A DNA stretch of 61,511 nt, taken from assembly GCA_046350755.1 (NCBI GenBank), contig JAXLZV010000003.1, forward strand, positions 1 to 61,511, read 5' to 3'. Both the position numbers and the translations under genes were made by a program. The notes beneath the pieces are model-generated. The model saw only the letters and a program-made list of their open reading frames with translations, did no database searches and was not told where the DNA came from. This DNA is from Candidatus Saccharimonadota bacterium (lineage in GTDB: Bacteria; Patescibacteriota; Saccharimonadia; CAILAD01; GCA-016700035). Of the stretch, positions 45,965 through 55,859 are shown piece by piece; the first letter of the stretch is position 1, and each line of letters starts with the position of its first letter.

Positions 45965-46003
45965 GTATCTGGAAAGAGATCTTGCAGGTATAATGAGAAA
46001 CGT

Positions 46004-47086
46004 ATGAAGCCGACGATTGATACATTATCGCGTTTACTCGCCGAAGTCCGCGAGGCCAAAGCCCAGCTCCAGCTCGATGACGAGCGGGGGCGGCTTCAAG
46101 TGCTCGAAGACCAGATTGCCGCTCCAGATTTCTGGAATGATGCGGAAACCGCGCAGAAAATCAGCCAGGACGCCGCTCAGCTCCGGAATTATCTAGCTGA
46201 TTGGGATAAGCTTGAGGACGAGCTGACAACAAATCTAGAGCTAGCGGAGATGTCAGACGAGTCGCAGGCTGATGAATTTACTGAACTCACGACCGATCTG
46301 GAGTCCCGAGTGGCCGCCGCTATGATCACCGTGAAGCTCTCGGGAGCGCATGATAAGCTGCCGGCGATTATGCAGCTGTCAGCGGGAGTTGGCGGTACGG
46401 ATGCCCAGGATTGGGCCGAGATGCTGCTGGCGATGTACACTCGGGCGGCCGAGAAGCTTAGCCTCAAAGCCGAACTCGTTGATATCTCGCGCGGTGAAGA
46501 AGCCGGTATAAAGTCGGCCACCCTTGAGTTCACTGGGCCTTTTGCTTTTGGCAAGCTCAAGAGTGAAAAGGGTGTGCATCGGTTAGTCCGACTGTCGCCA
46601 TTTAATAGCGATAATCTCCGTCAAACCAGTTTTGCCCTGGTGGATGTAGTGCCAGAGATCCCAATGGAAGAAATTGAGCTGGACGAAAAAGACTTGCGGG
46701 TTGATGTCTATCGCTCCGGCGGGCACGGGGGACAGAGCGTCAATACCACTGATTCGGCGGTGCGGATTACGCATCTTCCGACCGGCACCGTTGTAGCGAT
46801 TCAGAATGAACGCTCGCAGTTGAAGAATAAGCAAAAAGCCATGAGTATTTTGGCGGCTCGCTTGGCCGAATTGGCGCGTGAACAGCATCTGGAGTCGGTT
46901 GCGGAATTACGTGGCCAGGTAAAGTCTGCCGATTGGGGTGCCCAAATTCGCTCTTATGTCTTGCACCCCTACCAGAAAGTGAAGGATCACCGCACGGACT
47001 ACGAAACCAGCGATACCGATGGTGTCCTGGCTGGCGAGATCGAACCGTTTATCGAAGCATATCTTACCAAAAATCTGAGTCAATAA
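46004..47086 (+). CDS. prfB: Peptide chain release factor 2 (no programmed frameshift)
   Basis: GVGGTDAQDWAEML, GVHRLVRLSPF (SPF), [27 protein letters not shown]. Confidence 0.97.
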   Translation: MKPTIDTLSRLLAEVREAKAQLQLDDERGRLQVLEDQIAAPDFWNDAETAQKISQDAAQLRNYLADWDKLEDELTTNLELAEMSDESQADEFTELTTDLESRVAAAMITVKLSGAHDKLPAIMQLSAGVGGTDAQDWAEMLLAMYTRAAEKLSLKAELVDISRGEEAGIKSATLEFTGPFAFGKLKSEKGVHRLVRLSPFNSDNLRQTSFALVDVVPEIPMEEIELDEKDLRVDVYRSGGHGGQSVNTTDSAVRITHLPTGTVVAIQNERSQLKNKQKAMSILAARLAELAREQHLESVAELRGQVKSADWGAQIRSYVLHPYQKVKDHRTDYETSDTDGVLAGEIEPFIEAYLTKNLSQ

Positions 47087-48340
47087 TTATTCTCGGTGTT
47101 CAAGTTGCGCGCCGAGAGCGGTCAAGCGTTCTTCGATGTGCTCGTAGCCGCGGTGGATGTGCTCGATGCGATCTATGACGGTTGTACCTTGGGCAATTAA
47201 AGCCGCAATAAGCACGGTGGCACCAGCGCGAATGTCAAAGCTCACGAGATCAGCGCCAATCAGTGGCGTCGGGCCGGTGATGATGGCCGTGTGGGCATCG
47301 CGCATCGCCGCGGTTGCCCCCATGCGCTGGAGCTCAAAGAGGTATTGCAAGCGGCCTTCATAGAGGGTTTCGAAAATCTCAGAGGTGCCATCACACTGAG
47401 TGAGGAGCACGGACAGTGGGGCTTGTAAGTCACTAGGAAAATTTGGATACGGCTGGGTGCGAACTTTGATTGGCCGATACTCGCCACCGGGCATGATGTG
47501 GACCTTAGTCGGACTGTCTATCCGGTAATTCACGCCGATTTGGTCAAAAATCGTGAGCAGCGAATCATGCTCATCGACCAAAAAATCTTCGATCATGACG
47601 TTGCCGTGGGAGGCGGCAGCGGCGATCGCAATCGTGCCACTTTCCAGCTGGTCGGCCGAAACCCGCCAATCAGTGCCGTGCAGTCGGTCGACACCACGGA
47701 TCACCAGGTCATGTGTGCCGACTCCCTCAATGTGGGCGCCCATTTTGATGAGCAATCGAGTTAGCTCGATAACGTGTGGCTCAACGGCGACCATGCGGAG
47801 CTCAGTAGTGCCCTCAGCCAGCACGGCTGCCATGATCGCGTTCTCTGCTCCAGTGACGGTGAGCTCACCGAGGACGACTCGAGCTCCACGCGGACGGCCG
47901 CTGATAGTGGTATGACCCTGTTCGCGACGGACATCTAGGCCAAGTTGGGCAAAGGCCTTGAGGTGGCTGGCGATTGGTCGGGCGCCGATGATGTCGCCAC
48001 CAGGCTGGGCGATCGTTATTTCGCCGAGACGAGCGACTGCAGCACCAAGGATGAGAACTGACGCCCGCATTTTGGCCGTCAGCGCGTCGGGGATCACGCG
48101 AGAGTGTAGTTCGCGGGCAGTGACTTGTACCGTATGGTCATGGCGCTCGACATCAGCTCCGAGCGACTCGAGGATTTCGATCATCACCCCGACATCGCTA
48201 ATTTCGGGAACATTATGAATAGTGACAGTTTCGTCGGTCAGTAGGCAGGCCGCGAGCATTGGGAGAATGGCATTTTTTGAGCCGGCCGTTTGCCATATGC
48301 CTTCGAGCCGGGTTGGCCCGGAAATTGCAAGTTTTGTCAT
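47087..48340 (-). CDS. murA: UDP-N-acetylglucosamine 1-carboxyvinyltransferase
   Basis: GSKNAILP, KMRASVL, PGGDIIGARP, PYPNFPSDLQ, DIRAGA, HRGYE; ATG 48340. Confidence 0.95.
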   Translation of the reverse strand: MTKLAISGPTRLEGIWQTAGSKNAILPMLAACLLTDETVTIHNVPEISDVGVMIEILESLGADVERHDHTVQVTARELHSRVIPDALTAKMRASVLILGAAVARLGEITIAQPGGDIIGARPIASHLKAFAQLGLDVRREQGHTTISGRPRGARVVLGELTVTGAENAIMAAVLAEGTTELRMVAVEPHVIELTRLLIKMGAHIEGVGTHDLVIRGVDRLHGTDWRVSADQLESGTIAIAAAASHGNVMIEDFLVDEHDSLLTIFDQIGVNYRIDSPTKVHIMPGGEYRPIKVRTQPYPNFPSDLQAPLSVLLTQCDGTSEIFETLYEGRLQYLFELQRMGATAAMRDAHTAIITGPTPLIGADLVSFDIRAGATVLIAALIAQGTTVIDRIEHIHRGYEHIEERLTALGAQLEHRE

Positions 48341-48402
48341 GTTCGTATTGTAGCAGTTCATAAGCGGTTTCTGGCCAGCGAATATGCTAAAATAGAACGA
48401 AA

Positions 48403-49083
48403 GTGATCCTCTTAGACCGCGTTACCGTTATGTATCCCAATAAAACCGTCGCACTTTCCGGCGTCAGTTTGCATATTCAACCAAAAGAGTTCGTAACCGT
48501 AGTCGGTTCTTCCGGGGCTGGTAAATCAACGTTAATTCGCTTACTTATCAAGGAAGAAGTTCCGACCAGCGGGAAAATCATTGTTGGCTCAATTGACTAC
48601 GACACGATCGATAAAGCGAGTATCCCTCACTTGCGTCGCCGTATCGGCGTTGTTTTCCAAGACTTTAAACTGCTGCCTAATCTGACGGTTTATGAAAATG
48701 TGGCTTTTGCGCTCGAAGCCAGCGGCGTGAGTAACCACGAGATCAAGCGGGCGGTACCGAAGATTTTGCAGCTGGTCGGCCTAGCTGAGAAGGCCAATAG
48801 TTATCCAAAAGAAATTTCTGGCGGTGAAAAACAACGGGTGGCAATCGCCCGGGCGCTGGTGCGTAATCCGAAGATTTTGATTGCCGATGAGCCGACTGGT
48901 AACCTCGATCCGAAAAACTCCTGGGATATCATCGAGCTCCTGCTGAAGATCAATAAATTCGGCACGACAGTGCTCTTGACCACCCACAATAAGGAAATCG
49001 TGAATGCTTTAAAGCGTCGGGTGATTACTATTCAGAATGGTCGGATTCTGAAGGATGAGAAAGTGGGGCGCTACGTTTTGTAG
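48403..49083 (+). CDS. ftsE: Cell division ATP-binding protein FtsE
   Basis: GSSGAGKST, VVFQDFKLL, ISGGEKQR, ADEPTGNLD. Confidence 0.95.
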   Translation: MILLDRVTVMYPNKTVALSGVSLHIQPKEFVTVVGSSGAGKSTLIRLLIKEEVPTSGKIIVGSIDYDTIDKASIPHLRRRIGVVFQDFKLLPNLTVYENVAFALEASGVSNHEIKRAVPKILQLVGLAEKANSYPKEISGGEKQRVAIARALVRNPKILIADEPTGNLDPKNSWDIIELLLKINKFGTTVLLTTHNKEIVNALKRRVITIQNGRILKDEKVGRYVL

Positions 49084-49107
49084 CGTAAATATGGAGGGTA
49101 TGCAGGC

Positions 49108-50022
49108 ATGATTACACTGTGGCGCGTCTTCAAGACCGGTTTTCGCAATCTCTTTCGCAACGCTTGGTTGTCAATCGCAGCGACGGCGATCATGGTGGTG
49201 ACACTCGTGATCGTGGCTTTCTTCGCTTTCTCGGCTCTCTTTTTGCAGAATCAGCTCCAAGCCGTGAAGGAAAAGATTGATCTGACGGTTTTCCTGAAAG
49301 ACGAAGCTACGCCAGATCAAGTCAAGCAGTTACAGTCGACGATTTCTTCATACGACAATGTGAAAGAAGTGAAGTATGTTTCCAAGGCCGACGCGCTCGA
49401 GCGTTTGCGTAAGAGCTCTAAAGATGGTGAACAGCTAGCTAAGACCGCTACCGAGATCGGTAATCCGTTGCCAGCGTCTCTTGAAGTTCGCACGGTCACG
49501 TTGGATAATCTCGATGGCCTCAACTCGCAGATCAAGGCTGGCTCGTCAGCGGCGATTATTCAGAGTACTAGCAATGACGACAGCGATGTCCGGCGTAAGG
49601 TGGTTGATCGTATCGTATCGATCTCGCGGGGCGTATCACGTGTCGGTACCATCATCTCCGTCGCTTTCCTATTTATTAGCCTGATGATTATCTTCAATAC
49701 GATTCGGATGGCGATCTTTACCCGACGCGAGGAGATCGAGATTATGAAGTTAGTTGGCGCAACCAACTGGTTTATTCGTGGGCCATTCTTGATAGAAGGG
49801 GCGATGTATGGTGTTATTGGCGCGACGATTGCTTTGGCGATCACCTTGCCACTGATTTCCGCCACCCGGCCGCTCTTCATTAGCTATTTTAATGCCAGCG
49901 ATGTGCTCAACTTTGTGTCCGATAGGATTGTCTTGGTGGCCTTGACGACCTATGCGCTCGGGATTTTAATAGGCATTATTTCGAGTTTTCTGGCGATCTC
50001 ACGACACCTCAAGCTGACTTGA
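49108..50022 (+). CDS. ftsX: Cell division permease FtsX
   Basis: FRNAWLSIAA, NPLPASLEV, IFNTIRMAIFTRREEIEIMKLVGAT..FIRGPF. Confidence 0.95.
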   Translation: MITLWRVFKTGFRNLFRNAWLSIAATAIMVVTLVIVAFFAFSALFLQNQLQAVKEKIDLTVFLKDEATPDQVKQLQSTISSYDNVKEVKYVSKADALERLRKSSKDGEQLAKTATEIGNPLPASLEVRTVTLDNLDGLNSQIKAGSSAAIIQSTSNDDSDVRRKVVDRIVSISRGVSRVGTIISVAFLFISLMIIFNTIRMAIFTRREEIEIMKLVGATNWFIRGPFLIEGAMYGVIGATIALAITLPLISATRPLFISYFNASDVLNFVSDRIVLVALTTYALGILIGIISSFLAISRHLKLT

Positions 50023-50115
50023 AGCATGAGAAGATTTCTTATACAATAGTGGGGATTGCATTTCGCAAGGGGGCTTCTGATAACGCTGTGCAAAACAGAT
50101 AGGAGGGTGAATAAC

Positions 50116-51204
50116 TTGAATATACACAAACCGAAACGCAGACTCGTCTTTGTAGCTATCTGGCTAGCGGCGTTCATCGGGTTTGCACCAGTTGCGTTAG
50201 CAACCGACTTCGACGCTCAAATTCGTGAGCTACAAGGGAATATCAACCAAAATCAAGCAGCCGCCAATCAAAAGCGGGCCGAAGCTGACACTTTAGCGAA
50301 TAAAGTGGCGGCTTTGAACGCTGAAATCTCGGCCGCCCAAAATGCCCTCAATCTCACTCGCACCGAGATCGCAAAGACGACCAGCGAGATAGCCGCGCAG
50401 ACGGCTGAACTGGCCAACCAGCAAGACAATATGCGGGAGAGTTTGCGTTCGATGTACAAAGATCGTGACGTTACTCCGATCGAAGTTTTGGCATCGAGCG
50501 ATAATCTGTCAGATTTTGTCGGCAAGCAGCAGTACATGCAGCAGTTGAAAGATAAGATCGATGCGACCATTGCTTCCATTACTAAGTTAAAGGCTGAGCT
50601 AGAGACCAAAAAAGCGGCTTTAGCTAGTAAGGCTGATCAGGAAAAAGGTCAGGTCAATGCGATTGCGGCCAAACGAGCCGAACAGCAAAATCTTCTCGCT
50701 CAAACGAAGGGGCAAGAGGCTGCCTACCAACAACAGGTTGCTCAGAATAAAAATCAGCTCTCAGCTGTGTTTGCCGCCCGCGCTGCGGAAATCGCCCGTC
50801 AGCAGGCTCAGGGTGGTAGCTATCAGGGTGGCGGCGCTTGTGGTGGTGGCTATCCCGGCTTCCTCTGTAATCGGGCTCAAGACAGCGTAGTTGACCCCTG
50901 GGGCTACTATAATCGTGAATGCGTGAGTTATGCCGCTTGGAAGCGCTCGGCGATTGGTCGCTCAGTACCGATGTACTGGGGCAACGCTGGCGATTGGTAC
51001 TGGCGCGGCTCGGGTGGGTCACCTAGCTACGGTGATATCGCGGTGTGGGCCTATGGACCTGGTTACCCTTACGGACACGTCGCAATTGTTGAATCAGCGG
51101 GCGGAGGCATGATGACTGTGAGTGAATATAACTATGGTGCACCTGGCGTGTATTCGACTCGTACAATCCCGGTGAATTATCAAGGGGTTCGCTTCATCAA
51201 ATAG
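50116..51204 (+). CDS. Coiled-coil CHAP peptidoglycan hydrolase (PcsB/CwlO-like), copy 1
   Basis: Signal peptide, long coiled coil, RECVSYAAW (Cys), GNAGDW, YGHVAIVE (His); AGGAGG before TTG 50116. Confidence 0.9.
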   Translation: MNIHKPKRRLVFVAIWLAAFIGFAPVALATDFDAQIRELQGNINQNQAAANQKRAEADTLANKVAALNAEISAAQNALNLTRTEIAKTTSEIAAQTAELANQQDNMRESLRSMYKDRDVTPIEVLASSDNLSDFVGKQQYMQQLKDKIDATIASITKLKAELETKKAALASKADQEKGQVNAIAAKRAEQQNLLAQTKGQEAAYQQQVAQNKNQLSAVFAARAAEIARQQAQGGSYQGGGACGGGYPGFLCNRAQDSVVDPWGYYNRECVSYAAWKRSAIGRSVPMYWGNAGDWYWRGSGGSPSYGDIAVWAYGPGYPYGHVAIVESAGGGMMTVSEYNYGAPGVYSTRTIPVNYQGVRFIK

Positions 51205-51235
51205 TCCGTGCTCAATTAATATCATCTGAATCAAC

Positions 51236-52339
51236 ATGCTCAAATCAAACAACAAATTCATTCGCCGATACTCGTGGTGTTTCGGGCTAGTTCTCGGCGT
51301 CTGCCTTTTACTACCTGGCATTGCCCGCGCCGATGATTTGCAGCCTTTGATTGATGCAGTTACCAAGCAGATTGCCGATAACCAAGCGGTTGTGAATCAG
51401 AAGCAGGCCGAAGCCGACACGCTACAGAACCGCCTGACAGCAGTACAGGCTGATTTGGCGGCTGCGCGGTCAAATCTTGAGCTCACCAAGCTGCGGGTCA
51501 AACAGATTGCCCAAGATCAACAAAACACTCGCAAGGAGCTCGATTACCAGACTGAATTATTGCGCCAAAGCATAGCTTCGGCTTATAAGCAGGGGAATGT
51601 GACGCCGATGGAGGTGCTGGCTTCGAGCGATAACTTGTCTGAGCTTGTCAGTAAGCAAGAATATTACAGCTCGCTCCGTACGAAAATCTCGAGTAACCTC
51701 AACCGAATAAAAGATGTTAATAAGCAGCTTGATGACCTGAAAACCCAACTCAAGATTAAGGCCGAACAAGAAAAGCTCGAGCAAGTGGCCATTGCCGAAA
51801 AAGAAGCCCAATTGCAAATACTGGTCGCCCAGACGCGGGGTGAGGAGGGGGCTTATCGACAGCTTGTCGAAGCCGATAAGCTCAAGCTGTCGACTTTGCG
51901 AGCGCAACAAGCTGCGGCGATCGCCGCTTCGAGTGTTGGTCGCGATTTTGCATTGACGAGTGAGTATCCTTGGGCCAGCGTGGAGCCCTTTCCAAGCTAT
52001 GGAGTTGATCCGTGGGGCTTCTATTATCGGCAGTGCACTAGTTATGCGGCTTGGCGTCGGGCGAATCTTGGTCGGCCAATCCCGGCCTGGGGCTTTTTAG
52101 GGCCGGCTAATGCTAAGCAGTGGCCTGGTTGGGCGCAGAAATTTGGTATGCGGGTCGATAACCAGCCGGAGGTTGGGGCGCTCGGCGTGTATCCGGCCGG
52201 TGAATATGGCCACGTCATGGTGGTAGAGGCGATAGTTGCTAATGGTGAACAAGTGTTAGTTTCGGAGTTTAACGCTGATTGGGGCGGTCGTTACTCGCAG
52301 TCACTTTGGCCATCAAGCGTGCTGCAGTTTATTCATTAG
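51236..52339 (+). CDS. Coiled-coil CHAP peptidoglycan hydrolase, copy 2
   Basis: Signal peptide, coiled coil, RQCTSYAAW, NAKQW, YGHVMVVE. Confidence 0.9.
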   Translation: MLKSNNKFIRRYSWCFGLVLGVCLLLPGIARADDLQPLIDAVTKQIADNQAVVNQKQAEADTLQNRLTAVQADLAAARSNLELTKLRVKQIAQDQQNTRKELDYQTELLRQSIASAYKQGNVTPMEVLASSDNLSELVSKQEYYSSLRTKISSNLNRIKDVNKQLDDLKTQLKIKAEQEKLEQVAIAEKEAQLQILVAQTRGEEGAYRQLVEADKLKLSTLRAQQAAAIAASSVGRDFALTSEYPWASVEPFPSYGVDPWGFYYRQCTSYAAWRRANLGRPIPAWGFLGPANAKQWPGWAQKFGMRVDNQPEVGALGVYPAGEYGHVMVVEAIVANGEQVLVSEFNADWGGRYSQSLWPSSVLQFIH

Positions 52340-52410
52340 TCATTCTGAGCACAAACTGAGAGTCGAGACCACTTCCGCCAGATTACGAAAACCGGTACAA
52401 TGGTTTTTAT

Positions 52411-53631
52411 ATGGGTGAGGAAAAAGATCTGTCGAAGTCGCCAGCCAATCCGGCTACTCGTTCGACTCCGACGTTTTCGTTTGGCAAAGTAGTTGCGATT
52501 AGTGCCGCGTTATTAGTCGTCGGCTTAGTCGTCGGCTGGTTTACTGCCCGAGCGTATCCACAATTCACCTTGGCTCAATCGGCTTCACCATTGGAGACTC
52601 AACAGTTTCAAGAGGTTCGATCGATCCTGAAGAATAGTTATGATGGTGATCTAGATCCCGCCAAGCAGGGAGAGGGGGCAATTAGCGGTTACGTTGCGGC
52701 TCTCGGTGACCCTTATACTACCTATCTCAACCCGCAACAGGCAAAAGAGCTGGCCGATGACTTGAAAGGCGAACTGTCGGGTATCGGGGTTGAAGTCGGC
52801 ATCAAGAAAGATCGCTTGACGGTCATATCGCCGATCGATGGTACGCCCGCCGCAAAGGCCGGCTTAAAGTCGGGCGATGTCATAGCCTTGATCGATGGTC
52901 AAGACACCTCGCAAATGACTCTAGATGATGCGGTCAAAAAAATCCGTGGTGAAAAGGGGACCGAGGTAAAACTGACTATTCTGCGCGGTACCGAGTCCCC
53001 AAAAGAGATAATCGTGACGCGTGATACCATCACCGTTTCGAGCGTGAATGTCGAAGTTAAAGATGGCAATGTTGGCTATATACGCTTGCGGCGATTCGGC
53101 GATGATACTGATGAGGCGATTCGTAAAGCCACTGCTGATCTGGCGGCCAAGGGTATCAATAAAATTGTGCTTGATCTGCGAGATAATCCCGGTGGTTATC
53201 TCAACAGTGCGGTGACGGTGACATCTGAGTTCTTGGCTGACGGAACCGTGGTTGAGGAGCGAGGTCGTCATATCGCGACCAAGAAGTTGACCGCCAACCC
53301 GGGTGGCAATCTCACACAAGCTAAGCTCGTCATATTGATTAACGAGGGTTCGGCTTCGGCTTCAGAAATTACGGCTGGTGCCCTTAAGGACAATGGTCGA
53401 GCGATACTGGTTGGCGAGAAGAGTTACGGTAAGGGCAAGGTCCAGGAAGTGAAGGAGTTAAGCGGGGGCGCCCAGCTGAAGGTTACTGTGGCAAGTTGGT
53501 ATACGCCGAATGGTGTGAACATTTCCAAAGAGGGTATTAAGCCAGATATTGAAGTTAAAAACTCGAGCGAAGACTCAAATGCTGGACGTGACCCTCAGCT
53601 TGATCGCGCGCTGCAGGAGGCCAAACAATAA
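52411..53631 (+). CDS. ctpA: Carboxyl-terminal processing protease (S41)
   Basis: LGDPYT, GIGVEV PDZ, LDLRDNPGG, SASASEI, SYGKG. Confidence 0.94.
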   Translation: MGEEKDLSKSPANPATRSTPTFSFGKVVAISAALLVVGLVVGWFTARAYPQFTLAQSASPLETQQFQEVRSILKNSYDGDLDPAKQGEGAISGYVAALGDPYTTYLNPQQAKELADDLKGELSGIGVEVGIKKDRLTVISPIDGTPAAKAGLKSGDVIALIDGQDTSQMTLDDAVKKIRGEKGTEVKLTILRGTESPKEIIVTRDTITVSSVNVEVKDGNVGYIRLRRFGDDTDEAIRKATADLAAKGINKIVLDLRDNPGGYLNSAVTVTSEFLADGTVVEERGRHIATKKLTANPGGNLTQAKLVILINEGSASASEITAGALKDNGRAILVGEKSYGKGKVQEVKELSGGAQLKVTVASWYTPNGVNISKEGIKPDIEVKNSSEDSNAGRDPQLDRALQEAKQ

Positions 53632-53669
53632 TCGCGTAGCCGCCAAGCGGCTACAGGAAGGAGCGGCAC

Positions 53670-55325
53670 ATGCCCACCAAGCCACATCAACCCAAGTATA
53701 TCTTCGTCACTGGAGGGGTTGTTTCCGGCTCCGGCAAGGGCATCACCGCCGCTTCGATAGGAGCTATCCTTAAGGCTCGCGGTTTGCGCGTCAATATCCA
53801 AAAAATGGATCCCTATTTTAATTTTGACGCCGGGACATTAAATCCCGCCGAGCATGGCGAAGTCTTTGTGACCCGCGATGGGGGCGAGACGGATCTGGAT
53901 CTCGGGCACTACGAACGCTTTCTTGATCAGCAGCTGACACGTTCGAGCTCGGTGATGAGTGGACAGGTTTACTCTAAGGTTTTCGCTGATGAGCGTGATG
54001 GTGTGTATCTCGGCAAGACAGTTCAGGTGATTCCCCATATCACGGATGAGTATCAGCGTCGCATCGTTGAGGCAGCTAAGAATTTTGATGTTCATATTTG
54101 TGAAGTTGGTGGCACAATTGGTGATTATGAGTCGCTCGCCGTCATCGAGTCGATTCGGCAGTTTAAGCGTCGGGTTGGCGCCGATAATGTACTCTATGTA
54201 CACGTTGTCTTCTTGCCCTACCTCGCTGCTAGTAAAGAGGTAAAGACCAAACCCGCTCAGAATTCGGTGCGCGATCTTCGCGAGGTAGGTATTCAGCCGG
54301 ATATCCTAGCAGTACGGACCGATCACGAGGTTCGGGCCAGCGTGTTTGAGAAGCTGTCGATGTATTGTGACGTTGATAAAGAAGCGATTGTGGCTTTACC
54401 GACTGCCAAGACAGTGTATGAGGTGCCATTGCGCGTCGAGGAGTCTGGCGTGGGTGAGTATATTTGTGCCCGCCTGGGCTTAAGCTGCAAGAATCCCCAA
54501 CTGCATGATTGGGAGAACTTAGTAGAGCAAATCAAGAAGCCAAAAGCCAAGATTACGGTCGGGATCGTTGCCAAATATCTTGATCATGAAGATACCTATA
54601 TGTCGGTGGTCGAAGCCTTGCGCAGTGCGGCCTGGGCGAATAATCATAATCTTGAGTTTGAGTGGATTGATGCCGAGCAGCTGACCGAGTCAACCAAGCC
54701 GCTTGAGGTAGTCGATGGCATTGTGGTGCCAGGAGGTTTTGGGGTACGCGGGGTGGAAGGTAAGATTGTTGCCGCCCAATATGCGCGCGAAAATAACTTG
54801 CCATATCTTGGACTCTGCCTGGGCTTACAAATTGCCGTGATTGAGTGTGCTCGCAATCTAGCACATCTGACCGGCGCTCATTCAACCGAGTTTGATCATG
54901 ACTCACCGCACCCAGTAGTACATATTATGCCCGACCAGATCGGCATTCCGTTAGGCGGGACGATGCGCCTCGGTGATTATGATGCCAATATTACTCCGGG
55001 CACTCGAGCCGAGAAGCTATATGGGTCGTTAAGTATTACCGAGCGGCACCGCCATCGCTACGAGGTGAATAATACTTATCGAGAATTACTAGCGGCGGCG
55101 GGGCTGGTTTTCTCGGTGACGTCACATGATGGTCAACTAGTAGAGATGATTGAGTATCGGGATCATCCCTTTTTTGTCGCCAGTCAGTTCCATCCAGAGT
55201 TTACTTCGCGTCCGATGCGGCCAAATCCGATGTTCCATGGCTTCATTGCCGCTTGTACCCAGGCTTTGCCTGGTATCGTAAAAGTCGCTACAATGAAGAC
55301 AACGACCAAACAGAAGCGAGGGTAA
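53670..55325 (+). CDS. pyrG: CTP synthase
   Basis: VTGGVVSGSGKG, DLDLGHYERF, GLCLG, ERHRHRYE, QFHPEF. Confidence 0.98.
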   Translation: MPTKPHQPKYIFVTGGVVSGSGKGITAASIGAILKARGLRVNIQKMDPYFNFDAGTLNPAEHGEVFVTRDGGETDLDLGHYERFLDQQLTRSSSVMSGQVYSKVFADERDGVYLGKTVQVIPHITDEYQRRIVEAAKNFDVHICEVGGTIGDYESLAVIESIRQFKRRVGADNVLYVHVVFLPYLAASKEVKTKPAQNSVRDLREVGIQPDILAVRTDHEVRASVFEKLSMYCDVDKEAIVALPTAKTVYEVPLRVEESGVGEYICARLGLSCKNPQLHDWENLVEQIKKPKAKITVGIVAKYLDHEDTYMSVVEALRSAAWANNHNLEFEWIDAEQLTESTKPLEVVDGIVVPGGFGVRGVEGKIVAAQYARENNLPYLGLCLGLQIAVIECARNLAHLTGAHSTEFDHDSPHPVVHIMPDQIGIPLGGTMRLGDYDANITPGTRAEKLYGSLSITERHRHRYEVNNTYRELLAAAGLVFSVTSHDGQLVEMIEYRDHPFFVASQFHPEFTSRPMRPNPMFHGFIAACTQALPGIVKVATMKTTTKQKRG

Positions 55326-55327
55326 GT

Positions 55328-55807
55328 ATGGATAAAAAACCAATGATTCTTCTCGTCGAAGACGATGAGGAGTTAGCCAGTGTCTATCGGGCTCGGTTTG
55401 AGGCCGAAGGCTTTGCTACGGCTTGGGCAGAGAACGGCGAATTGGCATTAGCGCGTGTCACCGAGTCACAACCAGATTTAATCTTGCTCGATATTATGAT
55501 GCCGCGCGTATCGGGGTTTGATGTCTTGGACATCTTGCGCAACACGCCCCAGACACAACACGCGAAGATCGTCATGATGTCAGCGTTATCGAGCGATAAG
55601 GATATCGCCAAGGCCAAATCACTTGGTGTGGATGACTATCTCGTCAAAAGTCAGGTAGCGATGGCTGACGTGGTGCATATCGTCAAGAAGCATTTGGGGA
55701 TGTTAGACGATGGTTCTCGGCCGGCTCAAGCAGCCGGTGATATGCCGGCCGATGCCAGTATGACACCGCCGAGCCCACCGCCAGTTGAGCCGACATCGAC
55801 TACTTAG
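55328..55807 (+). CDS. Single-domain response regulator with Pro-rich tail
   Basis: ILLVEDD, LILLDIMMP, DYLVKS; no output domain. Confidence 0.92.
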   Translation: MDKKPMILLVEDDEELASVYRARFEAEGFATAWAENGELALARVTESQPDLILLDIMMPRVSGFDVLDILRNTPQTQHAKIVMMSALSSDKDIAKAKSLGVDDYLVKSQVAMADVVHIVKKHLGMLDDGSRPAQAAGDMPADASMTPPSPPPVEPTSTT

Positions 55808-55808
55808 A

Positions 55809-55850
55809 AACTACTCAAAAACCTCTCAGGCGAGAGGTTTTTGAGTAGTT
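55809..55850. terminator. Bidirectional terminator between convergent genes
   Basis: Perfect 19-bp inverted repeat AACTACTCAAAAACCTCTC-AGGC-GAGAGGTTTTTGAGTAGTT. Confidence 0.85.
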
Positions 55851-55859
55851 GAGTTCGGG

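Noticed and set aside
50860-52320. Similar CHAP regions as a possible DGR template/variable repeat pair
   Set aside because: Differences are not confined to adenines, similarity is patchy protein-level paralogy, and no reverse transcriptase is present
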